This document shows, piece by piece, positions 1 through 11,968 of a stretch of 64,000 bases of DNA (the stretch's first letter is position 1; each line of letters begins with the position of its first letter). The notes under the pieces were generated by a model that did not search any database, was not told where the DNA came from, and saw only the letters and a list, made by a program, of their open reading frames with translations. A program made the translations under genes and the position numbers. Source of the stretch: Convolutriloba macropyga (lineage: Eukaryota); assembly GCF_964194025.1 (NCBI RefSeq), contig NC_134475.1, positions 13,268,001-13,332,000 of the forward strand, given 5' to 3'.

Positions 1-372
1 CACTAATGACATTTTCTTACCCAGCTTGGAAGGATTTCTAGTCCAATTTACAACAGAGACAAAGGAAATAATTGAGAAGTTAGTAGTGTAGCTGTTATTT
101 GTGTGGAAATTTAGCTATTTAGATGTCTTGATGCGTTATTTTCATATAAGACTCAGTGCTGGCAGCAAAAAGATTTAAAAAATCTTCAAATTTTGTTAGT
201 GAATACTGAAAATTGCATGCAACAGTGATGCCCAGTGTATAGGTGTCGTATGTACATTTTCTTGGGATATTGCCGAATGAAAATCAATCTTATAAAAATA
301 TAATCAACTGAAAAATGATCAACTAGTCTGTTGCATGTGCAAACTGAAACTGAAACCCTCGACTGATTGATT

Positions 373-1300
373 AATAGCCGCACAGCGATATCTGGGGCTA
401 TTATTGGCCTTTTCTTGGTTTTTTTTACAATTCAAAGAATTTTTACAATTCAAAGAATTTGAATTGCATTGGGGCGCTGTCTTTTTTTTAAGATCTGTTC
501 ACACATTTTCATGATTTTTGAAGTCAAATTGGAGTAGTGATTTTGGTCACGCCGAAACAGGAAGTGGAGCGAAAAAGCGAGTGGTTTTGCGGCGTGAAAT
601 TTTTTCGCTCTAAATTTAAAGTAGAGTGAGAAAACAGTGTTTGAACAAAAATTCGCTTTCTCGCTAGAGGTTTTTTGTTCACATGCGGCTATTTCACTTT
701 GATTTTTACAGTTTGTTTCGATTTTTTGGATCGGATTTTTTTCTAAATGGTTTTTCCAATCCATTCATAGTCCGTTCTAGGTCTAGTTTTTTGTCTAGTC
801 AATGAAAATTGTTTGAACTGTACGTCAGGACTTGCCTGCAATGTTTTTTATTTCGTCGGTAAGATTTTTGTTTCGACCATATGTCACAACCACTTCAAAT
901 CTGCTTTTTGTTCATTCGTTCATGCAATTTCATTTGAAGTTCCTGCGTGATGTAATTTTTCGCTCTTGATGGAGCGAGTTTTTTGTTCATTCGCGTGATT
1001 TAATTTTTGGTCACACTTGACTTACCTCACTCTCAAAAATGACTTCCTCATTTTGAAATCAACTTTTATTTACTTTAATTCAGAGATGAGGTCAAATGGG
1101 TGTGTAGTACTCTAAATGAAGGTTATTTGAGAGCAGCTAATAGAGGCAGCAAAAACGTGTACAGATTTTTAATCAAAATAGAACATATCAGCCATCAATG
1201 AAAACACGAATTTTTTTGGTCTGTCTTTTTTACTGTTTTTTTGAGACTGCAGATCTACAAAGCTATTGCGGCTATTTTCTTGCAATCTGCCAGCTATGTT
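373..1300 (+). mobile_element. Helentron/DINE-like non-autonomous composite A[B]; B = ~426-845
   Basis: A 5' aatagccgc...gggctatt, A 3' gcggctatt + hairpin + ctatgtt; B 5' tacaattcaaa (partly duplicated), B 3' tttgaactgta-caggacttgcctg-caatgtt. Confidence 0.75.
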
Positions 1301-1306
1301 TTTTTG

Positions 1307-2400
1307 ATAGCCGCGTCAGCAATTCCAGGCGGCTATTATAGCTCTCCTAATTTTTTTACAATTCAAATTTGAATTGTATTGGTGCGCTGTCTTTTTTTAA
1401 GATCTCTTCACACAATTTCATGATTTTCATGATGAAATTGGAGTAAAGATTTTGGTCACGCCGAAACAGGAAATGCAGCGAAAAAGCGAGTTGTTTTGCG
1501 GCGTGAAATTTTGCTTTAATTTTAAAGTTGAGTGAGAAAACGGTGTTTGAACAAAAACTCGCTTTCTCGCTAGTGGTTTTTTTGTTCACATGCGGCAATT
1601 TCACTTTTATTTTTACTGTTTTTTTCGATTTTTTGGATCGGATTTTTTTTCTGAATAGTTTTCCCAATCCAATCTTAGTTCATTCTTGGTCTAGTTTTTT
1701 GTTTTAACCAAATTTCCATTTCTCGCTGGTGGTTTTTTGTTCACATACGGCATTTTGACTTTGATTTTTTTTTCAATTTTATTGATCTGATTTTTTTTAA
1801 ATGGTTTTCCCAGTTCACACATAGACCATTTTAGGTAAAATTTTTGCTGAGTCATTGAAAATTTTTTGAATTGTACGTCAGGACTTGTCCTGCTATGTTT
1901 TTTTACTTCGTCTAACAGATTTTTGTTTCGTCTTACCCTAACTTCTTGGAATTGACTTTTTCAATGACTTCAGTGACTTCTGCTTTGCAGTTAAAATTTG
2001 TATTCGTAACGTTATTGCTGCTTTTAGGTCAATTGCATGACTTACCTCACTCAAAAAATGACTTCTGAACTCACTTATGGAACTTTTTTTATGAACATTT
2101 ACTAATTAAAGGTCAATAGTGTGCATCTAAGTGCCAAACTTATATGCACTAATTGCTGAGTAAGAGTCTTGAGTTTTAATATCGAATATTAATTTTGAAA
2201 AAGCGCCATTAGGACTTTTTCCTTGTAAAGCAAATGTGTCTCATAAAAATGACAGTCTGAATCTTTCTGAAGCTGTCGATCTGTCAATCTTATTTTCAAA
2301 AGTGGTCGATCTGTCAATCTTATTTCTTTAGTTGTTTCAGTTCATGGTAGGCCACAAGCGTCTATCGTGGCTATTTTCCGGCAATCTGCCGGCTATGTTT
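1307..2400 (+). mobile_element. Composite A''[B]; B = ~1357-1899
   Basis: Same terminus architecture with a different A body (shared with 16648-17187); 3' ccggcaatctgccgg-ctatgtt. Confidence 0.72.
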
Positions 2401-2498
2401 CTTTCTTTTTGTAATCCACTTAAATTGAAATAATCAGAATTAATCAGAGTTCCAAGGGCGTCAACGTAACAAAAGTTTTGAGATGATTTGTACTATAG

Positions 2499-2709
2499 GG
2501 TTCTTTCACAAATTCCAAAGATGTTTGCCTCGAACCTGGAATCCGATCCTATTCTGGGTCCAGTAATGCAGGCAGGTCTGGACGCTCTCAAGTCTGATGG
2601 GAGAGCTGGAAAACTGTTTATATTCCATACAGCAATGCCAACTAGGGAGGCCCCTGGAAAATTAAAGCCCCGGGATCAACAGAGACTCCTGGGCACTGAC
2701 AAGGAAAAG
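2499..2709 (+). CDS. SEC24C: SEC24C/D COPII coat subunit, internal exon (trunk/vWA domain); gene starts upstream of window
   Basis: VLSQIPKMF...AGKLFIFHTAMPTREAPGKLKPRD...TDKEK matches the SEC24C/D trunk; tag acceptor ending 2498, gt donor 2710. Confidence 0.92.
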
Positions 2710-2943
2710 GTAGCACTTGATGACATCTTTAGCTGTGGTTATGATCAGAACTGGTTTCGTATCTTAATTTCAGAACAGGGAATTCGCAAATAAAAGCATT
2801 TCTTCATCTGCATTAATGTGTAATTTAGTAAGAGATAAAATTGATCAAGACAGTGCAATGAATAAAGCAATTTCAATTAATAAAATGTTAAAAATTACGC
2901 TTTGGCAATATGTTTTTATTTTTTTTTGATGTTTTCTGTTCAG

Positions 2944-3114
2944 ACCATTTTGAAGCCGCAGTCTGACTTCTACTCGAAACTGGGTGTGGAGTGTGTGAGG
3001 GCAGGCTGCTCTGTAGAACTGTTCATGTTCCCATTTGCCCATGTGGATGTAGCCACTCTAGGAGAGGTGCCTAAACTGACGGGAGGCCAACTTCATCTCT
3101 ACAACAATTTTCAA
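2944..3114 (+). CDS. SEC24C: SEC24C/D exon
   Basis: TILKPQ...ECVRAGCSVELFMFP...VDVATLG...LTGGQLHLYNNFQ; cag/gtcagt boundaries, phase 0. Confidence 0.93.
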
Positions 3115-3773
3115 GTCAGTTCCACCTTCAAGTGGTTGTAACTGCAACCGCTGCATGACATTTTACCAAATGCTAAATTACCCAATGTGCCAAAATAGCC
3201 AGTGCAATAATACACATTTGATCAATTAATTCCTTACAAATAAGCAGTTGGTGAAAAGAGTTACCAAGTCGATATTTGGTGATTTCAGCTGTGAATTCAA
3301 ACTACCTGAGTAGCTCTTGCGTTAGAAATGCTGTTGAAGTATTACCGGCCGGATAGCATAGAATGCTAATGAATATTATTTGTCAACATAGTGGAAGTGT
3401 TAACTTGATCTTTAAATCCCTTTCGCTGAAAAGCATACAAAAATGAATAAAATACCATGAATACGCAAGGTCCGAGGGTTAAAAATTAATTTGAAACATA
3501 GATTAATAGAATTTTTGACAGAGCAGCATCAGAAAGTTCCAGTGAACTGAAAAATGGACCATTTATGTCTTACTTTTACATATAAACCCCAAAAGCCTAA
3601 CTTGAATCCTTATATTTTTTCAAGTGATAATAAGTGATTTGAATGATATGAATTAACATGTAAATGTTTAACATTTGGTTAGTGTCGTGAAATTCACATG
3701 CTTGAATTGAAAAAAAATCTAGCAAATAGAATGGCATTTGAAAACTGTATCCAAATGTCTTAAATGTTTTCAG

Positions 3774-4016
3774 CCAAGCCTTGACGGTGACATGTTGATG
3801 TCGGATGTTGCGAGTTGTGTGCAGAAGGAGTATGGATTCGATGCTATGATCAGAGTCAGAACCAGTGCTGGACTTCGGCCCTGTGATTTCCATGGTAATT
3901 TCTACATGGAGACCGCACAGGACGTTGAGTTGGGAGCCATGGATCCAGACAAAACTATCCTGGTCGAGTTGAAGCATGACGACAAGTTGGACGAAAATGC
4001 CGGAGCACATGTTCAG
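3774..4016 (+). CDS. SEC24C: SEC24C/D exon (beta-sandwich)
   Basis: GFDAMIRVRTSAGLRPCDFHGNFYM...VELKHDDKL...HVQ; cag/gt boundaries. Confidence 0.93.
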
Positions 4017-4067
4017 GTAGAATGAATGCGATCAGATGTGTTTGATATTGCAAAGTTTTGTCTTATT

Positions 4068-5770
4068 AATAGCCGCACAGCGATAGCTGGGGCTATTATT
4101 GGCCTTCTCTTGGTTTTTTACAATTCAAAGAATTTGAATTGTATTGGGGCGCTGTCTTTTTTTTACGACTCGAAGAGGAGTATTGGAGAAGTCCTTTTTT
4201 TAATCAATTTTATTGGAGTGATTTTTGAAGCGGGAAATGAAACGCGTGAAAAAATTTGGAGTGATTTTGGGGCTGAACAAAAGTTAAGAGCGGAGCGAAA
4301 AGAGAGTGGTTTTTGTTCATACCGCTGTTTTTGCGAGAGCGAGAAATCGATGTGTGAAAAAATTTTCTCAGCGAGCGAAATTTTTTGTTCACGTGCGGCT
4401 TTTAAAAGCAGTTTTTTGCAACATTTGATGGTTATGAGGTTTGATTATAATATTGTATTAGTTTTACGCTTGTTTTGATAAAAATTGAAGGTTTCAAGTA
4501 GTTAATTCTGAGTTTAATGCTAATTTGGAGGGTTTTGATCAGTTTTGCTGATTTGTAGACGAAATTTAATGATTTTTTGCCTGTTTTTTCGTATTAATGC
4601 TTTAAATGGGATTTGAATAGAAGCTTGTTACTTAAGGAATATTCAGCTACCAAATGACTACAGTTTTATTGGTGTAAATCATTCTTTTCTTCGGAAAATT
4701 GACAGAAAAATCGAGAAATTTTAAACCATTTTTCTTATTTTTTTGCTGTTTTTCGTCTTAGTCTTAGACAAGTTTCTTAGCCTATATTGACTTGCCCATA
4801 TTGTTTGGCGAGCTTTTCATTGCCCTAATTGGAAAGGAATTTTACTCGGCTTTATCTTTCCTTGTACTATTAAAAAAACCTCATTAAGTTTTTCTAGTTT
4901 TTTATTCAATTTGTTTTTGAATGCCGTTTCTACTCTTCCTTAAATTTTTATGGCGTTTGTGGAGGTTCAGGGTTCACAATAGTTGTTCTAGGTGTGTAGT
5001 CAAAAGTATGGGCAATTTTCCTCTTCGAGTCGTTTCGGGATTTCTTCCGGCTATGTTTTTTTAAGATCTGTTCATACATTTTCATGATTTTTGAAGTCAA
5101 ATTGGAGTAGTGATTTTGGTCACGCCGAAACAGGAAGTGGAGCGAAAAAGCGAGTGGTTTTGTGGCGTGAAATTTTTTCGCTCTAAATTGAAAGTAGAGT
5201 GAGAAAACGGTGTTTGAACAAAAATTCGCTTTCTTGCTAGTGGTTTTTTGTTCATATGCGGCAATTTCACTTTGATTTTTACTGTTTTTCGAATTTTTGG
5301 ATCAGATTTTTTTTCTTAATGATTTTCCCAAGCCATTCATAATCCGTTCTAGGTCTAGTTTTCTGTTTAGTCAATGAAATTTCTTTGAATTGTACGTCAG
5401 GTCTTGTCCTGCTATGTTTTTTTTATTTCGTCGTCGCGATTTTTGTTACGACCATATGACGTCACAACCACTTCAAATCTGCTTTTTGTTCATTCGTTCA
5501 TGCAATTTCATCTGAAGTGCGTGCGTGACGTCATTTTTTGTTCTTAGTGGAGCGAGTTTTTCCGTTCATTCGCGTGATTAAATTTTTGGTCACACTTGAC
5601 TTACCTCACTCAAAAATGACTTCCTCACTTTGAAATTGACTTTTATTTACTTTATTTAATTCAAAGATTTGACCCTATATGGGTGTGTGTCACTCTAAAT
5701 GACGGTTATTAGAGATTAGCTAATAGAGGCAGCTATTGCGGCTATTTTCTGGCGATCTGCCAGCTATGTT
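4068..5770 (+). mobile_element. Composite A[B[C]]; B = ~4119-5418, C = ~4164-5057
   Basis: Three stacked 5' modules (aatagccgc / tacaattcaaa / tacgactcgaag), and three 3' modules in reverse order (cttcgagtcg / tttgaattgta / gcggctatt), each + hairpin + ctatgtt. Confidence 0.78.
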
Positions 5771-5985
5771 CATTTTTTTCCGTTTGCGATAGTGGTTTCC
5801 TTTCAAACGAAGCTTTTTCGGACTATTCATATTCTAAACAACAAAAGTAGTTTTTGCATTGCGTAACGCAAGATTCTTCAATTTCTTTGACGATGTCTGA
5901 TTTTTGAGCAACTATCTGCCTCAAAAATGTGTTTCTGTCTCTTTTAATGGCACAATAAAATAGCAGCAATACTTGTTTTGTTTAG

Positions 5986-6243
5986 GTTGCTCTACTGTAC
6001 ACAAATTTCAACGGAGAACGTCGACTGAGAATACACAATATGTCATTCAGTTGCTGTACTCAATTGAGTGACATGTACAAAGCTGTTGAGACAGATGTAC
6101 TTGTGAATTGGTTGGCAAAGGAGGCATCCAGGGCTCTGCTCAAAGACAATCCTAAGCAGGTCAAAGAGAGGATTGTGGACATGTGTGCGAACAGTCTGGC
6201 ATGTTATAGGAAGAATTGTGCTCAGCCTTCGTCACCTGGACAG
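5986..6243 (+). CDS. SEC24C: SEC24C/D exon
   Basis: VALLYTNFNGERRLRIHN...LACYRKNCAQPSSPGQ; tag/gt boundaries. Confidence 0.94.
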
Positions 6244-6642
6244 GTAGTTATTCACATATCTAACTTTACCCTTTCGGAGTACTGTCTCCTTTCCCATAAC
6301 AAATATTAAATCTGTTAAATGTCAAAATACTGTGATGTATGGAAAATAATTAAGCGGTCTCGGATTATTGGTGACGCTAAGATGATGATGGATGAGCGAT
6401 AATTGGCTGATAAGATGAATAGAAAATGAAAAATTGCTATATATGATAATCTGAAATTGACATTTGTTAAGCCTTATAATAGTAAATTTTCAATGCAATA
6501 GCTAGTGTCACCCCTTGAGCATACTGAAAAATGAGCCCTAGATTGTTAACAGGAGGGAAAATGAAACAGATCCGCTTTTTATCTTAAATGTTTTGGTTGA
6601 AGATCATCGATAATTTGCAGAAACAAGATACATCTGGCCCAG

Positions 6643-7059
6643 TTGACTTTCGTCCTCTAAAATGGGATAGAAGGTAACGCTCGGAGGACATAAAGTTCTT
6701 TTTTGGAGCCATAGGCCTTACTGGTCTCTAAGCAAGCGATTCGCCAAAACTGTTTTGAGGAGACAATTTCAAGGTGTCAGGGGGCGGTTCTTAGTCAGCG
6801 CCCTTGAGTTTGACCCCCCTCGGTCACCCCCGTCCACCCTCTTCCAAACTGTCGATTTGGACTCCCCTCTCGTCCAGCTCTCCCACAACCCCAACCCCCC
6901 TCTCCTGATCGCTGAAAACCCCCCCCCCCCAACTCTGCTCGGACTCTCTCTCCCCCCCCCCCCACTATGCTAGCACCCCTAAGCCCCTGCTGGCTACTAC
7001 CGAAGCAACCGCTCGCCGGTCGTTTGAGAGCAATTTGCCTTTCGTTAATCGGTTATGTT
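6643..7059 (+). mobile_element. Family E element (3' part) with C-rich tract
   Basis: ttgactttcgtcct...ggtaacgctcggagg...C-rich...gtttgagagcaatt...ttaatcggttatgtt; homologous to 41690-42450, 51950-52436 and 59658-60037. Confidence 0.6.
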
Positions 7060-7262
7060 CATTAGTATGCAAAAATACATATATCATTAGATTAGGCTCG
7101 TAAAGAAACATGTCTTCTGGTCACCGTGAGGTTATAATTCTGGAAATCCAGAAGTTACCAAATTTAAAAAAGCAGGCACACACCTAGAGCTAAGAGAAAC
7201 TTTTTATCTTTGAAATATTTGTGCTAATTGATGTCTACATGAAGAGTGTATTACCGTTTCAG

Positions 7263-7531
7263 CTTATTCTGCCCGAGTCAATGAAGCTCTTACCAGTGTA
7301 TGCAAATAACCTGCTCAAGAGCCAGGCGCTCTCGGGAGCCTCAGAGATAACAGTGGACAACAGAGCGCATCTGATGCACCTCCTGAACAGCATGACTGTC
7401 CCTGCATCATGTGCATACTTCTACCCCCGACTCATTCCCGTCCATAATTTGGATACATCTGCCAGTACCAATGCGTCGGCAGGAGATCAGAACTCTTCTG
7501 CTGAACAACAAAATATCCCAACTCCTGTCAG
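7263..7531 (+). CDS. SEC24C: SEC24C/D exon (helical domain)
   Basis: LILPESMKLLPVYANNLLKS...YFYPRLIPVH; phase-2 donor gttaga at 7532 matches the next exon. Confidence 0.93.
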
Positions 7532-8094
7532 GTTAGAACAAATTAAAATATACTGACGATGCTAAGCCTATATATTAAACGTGTGAGCTCTAAAGGGGGA
7601 CAAAATTTTTGCATGTTAAGGGGCCTCTCGAAGCGCATGTTTAAGAGCCGCATTGAGTAGCATGGTTATGCGAACATATCGAGAGAGGTCAATGACCTAA
7701 AAGGCTCAGAGTAGATGGATGAGAACTAAACATGGGACAAAAGACTGTTAGTCAGGTGCAGTTAACACGAGGCTATAAGGGCTTTAAAGTAAGCTCGCCC
7801 AGAAGGAGGATTAACTGTCATGGGTACTACGTGTTTTTTAATTGCTCCCGAATGAATTTTGAGGTATTTATTATAAACGTGTGTTTTTCTGCACAGTTTT
7901 ATCTTTACAGATTCTGCGCTATTCTAGAACACTCTTAGCTTACAACTAAGTTTTTCACGCTTTACTTTTTGATTTTTGTGTGATCTCAAATGCTCTTAAT
8001 CTGAATTTTGTTTATTGATAAGATAAAAGCGATTGTGAGAAACGGTGGTTTTTAGTTGTTATAGCGCAGTTGGTAAGATGGAGGACTGCTAATC

Positions 8095-11000
8095 TGAAGT
8101 TTGAAGTATTTTTCTATTACCATTATCCATAAAATTGCTATGAAACTAAGTTTTGAGCGAGAAGTGTTAGTCGTATTGTCTATTTTTCCGCTTTTATAGT
8201 AAATATCAGTCGAAATTGAGCACAATGATCAACCGCGCTCATGTCGTGACATGTTTTAGGGGTCCTTAATGCAACCTAGCATAAATGCGTTTTGAGAAGC
8301 GCTTTACCATCATATTTAAGCTTCTCATAAAAACCTTAACTACTTTTAAACCTTCTATTCGTGTAAATGATTTTCTTGTTAATAGGCGCCCTCATCGTCT
8401 CAGCCGGCTATTATAGCGCTCCTGTTTTTGTTTACTTCGTCGAACATTTTTTCGCTTTACCATTTTGCCGCTTTTTCGACATTTTGCGTGAAATCTTTTT
8501 GACTTCTCTAGGCTAGTTTCTCTCTTCTCTCATTCTTCTAAAAGTGAATTTGAACATCATTTGCTCAGCAAAGCAATTCAAAATGAACAGAGTCAGTATA
8601 AAAAATTGAAGTCAGAAATAGAAACGGGATAAACCCATAAAGCCCAATTTTAGATGCCCGCTATTTGAACGTCGTTCCTATAAGTCTTAGTTACCATTTC
8701 TTATGCTTATTAATAGCCGCCCTCATCTTCTCAGCCGGCTATTATAGCGCTCCTATTTTTTTACAATTCAAAGAATTTGAATTGTATTGGTGCGCTGTTT
8801 TTTTTTTTTAAGATGTTCACACGTTTTTCAATGACTTTGATCTTTCGAAACGGGATAAACAGGTAAAGCCCAGCGGGCATTAAGTTTCATTAGAGGCCCA
8901 AAGTGGGCTTTAGTAGTTCTTCAAGTGCGTATAGTGGTGCAGCTGCTGGGATGGCTTTAAATAAAGGTTAAAAGGTCATTTTTAGGAGTTTTTCGTCTCA
9001 AAATGGTGCAATTTTTCGTGTTTTTTGTGATTTTTTTTGAGATTTTTGTTTGATTAGTCTAAGGTTGAAGTTTTTAAAAGCTGATGAAGGCCTTTTGCGA
9101 GACAAAATTGCTTGTTATGACCATTTTATGGGCTATATGTCGTGGTACTACAAACACAAACACACAAAATGATACTCATTTTTGCAATTTTTTTCAGGTT
9201 TTTTGAAAATTTTTGTCATTTTTTGAGTTTTTAGCCCTAGGTGTCACGAAACCTCATCTAGGGTTTGATAAAGGGTTGGATGATAGGTTACTGCACAGTT
9301 TCTAGTGGTAATGGAACGGTTTTCAACTTTTTGACATCATGAATTTTAGCATTTTTTGACAAAAGTTGCAAATTTTTCATGTTTTTTGACATATTTATTG
9401 TCATCCTTCAAGTTGTTTGAGTCCCAGGGGCAAGAAACCCGTATTAGGGGTTGGATAATAAGTTACTGAAAAATTTTTAGTTGCCATGGAATAAGTTTCA
9501 ACTTTTGAATATCACAAGTTTTAGCAATTTTTTTAAACAAATTTGCATTTTTTTCAGGTTTTTGAAAATGTTCATCATTTTGTCAGTTTTTCGAGTTTCA
9601 GGGACCAGGCAATCTCCGTTGAGGTTTGTTAATAGGGAACTGCATAGTTTCTAGCAACAATTGAATGCTTGTTAACTTTTTAATATCTCGAATTTTAGCA
9701 TTTTTTTGATAAGATCTGCAATTTTTTTAATGTTTCCTAAAGTTTTTGTCAGTTTTTGATATTCGTCGATTCTCAAGTGCAAGAAAACCTATTCCGCGTT
9801 TTGATAAAAAAAGTTACTGCATGGTTTTTAGTTTCATTGGATTTGTTTTCAACAATTTAACCTTTCGTCTTTTAGAACTTGTTTGATAGAATTTGCAATT
9901 TTTTTTCAAGTTTTTTTGTTTTAAATATTTGTATTTTATTTATTTTTTCTTGCCTCAAATGCCAGGTAAACGCATCCAGGGTTTGAAAATATTTTATTAA
10001 ATAGTTGCTAGGGGCAATTGAATGGCTTGAATGAAGTTTGAAGTATTTTTCTATTACCATTATCCATAAAATTGCTATGAAACTAAGTTTTGAGCGAGAA
10101 GTGTTAGTCGTATTGTCTATTTTTCCGCTTTTATAGTAAATATCAGTCGAAATTGAGCACAATGATCAACCGCGCTCATGTCGTGACATGTTTTAGGGGT
10201 TCTTAATGCAACCTAGCATAAATGCGTTTTGAGAAGCGCTTTACCATCATATTTAAGCTTCTCATAAAAACCTTAACTACTTTTAAACCTTCTATTCGTG
10301 TAAATGATTTTCTTGTTAATAGCCGCCCTCATCGTCTCAGCCGGCTATTATAGCGCTCCTATTTTTGTTTACTTCGTCGAACATTTTTTCGCTTTACCAT
10401 TTTGCCGCTTTTTCGACATTTTGCGTGAAATCTTTTTGACTTCTCTAGGCTAGTTTCTCTCTTCTCTCATTCTTCTAAAAGTGAATTTGAACATCATTTG
10501 CTCAGCAAAGCAATTCAAAATGAACAGAGTCAGTATAAAAAATTGAAGTCAGAAATAGGAACGGGATAAACCCATAAAGCCCAATTTTAGATGCCCGCTA
10601 TTTGAACGTCGTTCCTATAAGTCTTAGTTACCATTTCTTATGCTTATTAATAGCCGCCCTCATCTTCTCAGCCGGCTATTATAGCGCTCCTATTTTTTTT
10701 ACAATTCAAAGAATTTGAATTGTATTGGTGCGCTGTTTTTTTTTTTTTTAAGATGTTCACACGTTTTTCAATGACTTTGATCTTTCGAAACGGGATAAAC
10801 AGGTAAAGCCCAGCGGGCATTAAGTTTCATTAGAGGCCCAAAGTGGGCTTTAGTAGTTCTTCAAGTGCGTATAGTGGTGCAGCTGCTGGGATGGCTTTAA
10901 ATAAAGGTTAAAAGGTCATTTTTAGGAGTTTTTCGTCTCAAAATGGTGCAATTTTTCGTGTTTTTTGTGATTTTTTTTGAGATTTTTGTTTGATTAGTCT

Positions 11001-11968
11001 AAGGTTGAAGTTTTTAAAAGCTGATGAAGGCCTTTTGCGAGACAAAATTGCTTGTTATGACCATTTTATGGGCTATATGTCGTGGTACTACAAACACAAA
11101 CACACAAAATGATACTCATTTTTGCAATTTTTTTCAGGTTTTTTGAAAATTTTTGTCATTTTTTGAGTTTTTAGCCCTAGGTGTCACGAAACCTCATCTA
11201 GGGTTTGATAAAGGGTTGGATGATAGGTTACTGCACAGTTTCTAGTGGTAATGGAACGGTTTTCAACTTTTTGACATCATGAATTTTAGCATTTTTTGAC
11301 AAAAGTTGCAAATTTTTCATGTTTTTTGACATATTTATTGTCATCCTTCAAGTTGTTTGAGTCCCAGGGGCAAGAAACCCGTATTAGGGGTTGGATAATA
11401 AGTTTCTGAAAAATTTTTAGTTGCCATGGAATAAGTTTCAACTTTTGAATATCACAAGTTTTAGCAATTTTTTTAAACAAATTTGCATTTTTTTCAGGTT
11501 TTTGAAAATGTTCATCATTTTGTCAGTTTTTCGAGTTTCAGGGACCAGGCAATCTCCGTTGAGGTTTGTTAATAGGGAACTGCATAGTTTCTAGCAACAA
11601 TTGAATGCTTGTTAACTTTTTAATATCTCGAATTTTAGCATTTTTTTGATAAGATCTGCAATTTTTTTAATGTTTCCTAAAGTTTTTGTCAGTTTTTGAT
11701 ATTCGTCGATTCTCAAGTGCAAGAAAACCTATTCCGCGTTTTGATTAAAAAAGTTACTGCATGGTTTTTAGTTTCATTGGATTTGTTTTCAACAATTTAA
11801 CCTTTCGTCTTTTAGAACTTGTTTGATAGAATTTGCAATTTTTTTTCAAGTTTTTTTGTTTTAAATATTTGTATTTTATTTATTTTTTCTCGCCTCAAAT
11901 GCCAGGTAAACGCATCCAGGGTTTGAAAATATTTTATTAAATAGTTGCTAGGGGCAATTGAATGGCTT
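8095..11968 (+). repeat. Near-perfect direct tandem duplication, ~1.94-kb unit (8095-10028 and 10032-11968)
   Basis: Both copies start tgaagtttgaagtatttttctattacc and end ggggcaattgaatggctt; only scattered substitutions and homopolymer-length differences. Confidence 0.92.

Noticed and set aside
450-764. Recurrent minus-strand Lys-rich ORFs (450-764, 1356-1667, 15595-15975, 40176-40412) resembling a gene family
   Set aside because: They are antisense translations of the T-rich B body; frames shift between copies and no domain is recognisable.
990-1035. A-body aatttttgg + acttacct as a possible SL RNA or U1 snRNA gene
   Set aside because: The Sm-like word and the donor lie on opposite strands (not SL RNA), the order is reversed relative to U1, and no U1 stem-loops are evident. 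Kept only as a motif finding.
3411-3483. Possible piggyBac-type mini-element (ttaa..ccc / gggttaa); also ttaaccctt at ~62764
   Set aside because: Termini are imperfect or unpaired; too short to support.
4026-4478. 150-aa + strand ORF directly after a SEC24C exon (similar peptide at 38277)
   Set aside because: It reads through the stacked A/B/C 5' modules; intronic repeat, not a protein.
9230-10028. Periodic repeats as a CRISPR-like array
   Set aside because: Units are ~175-bp diverged tandem repeats without unique spacers, in a eukaryotic intron with no cas genes.
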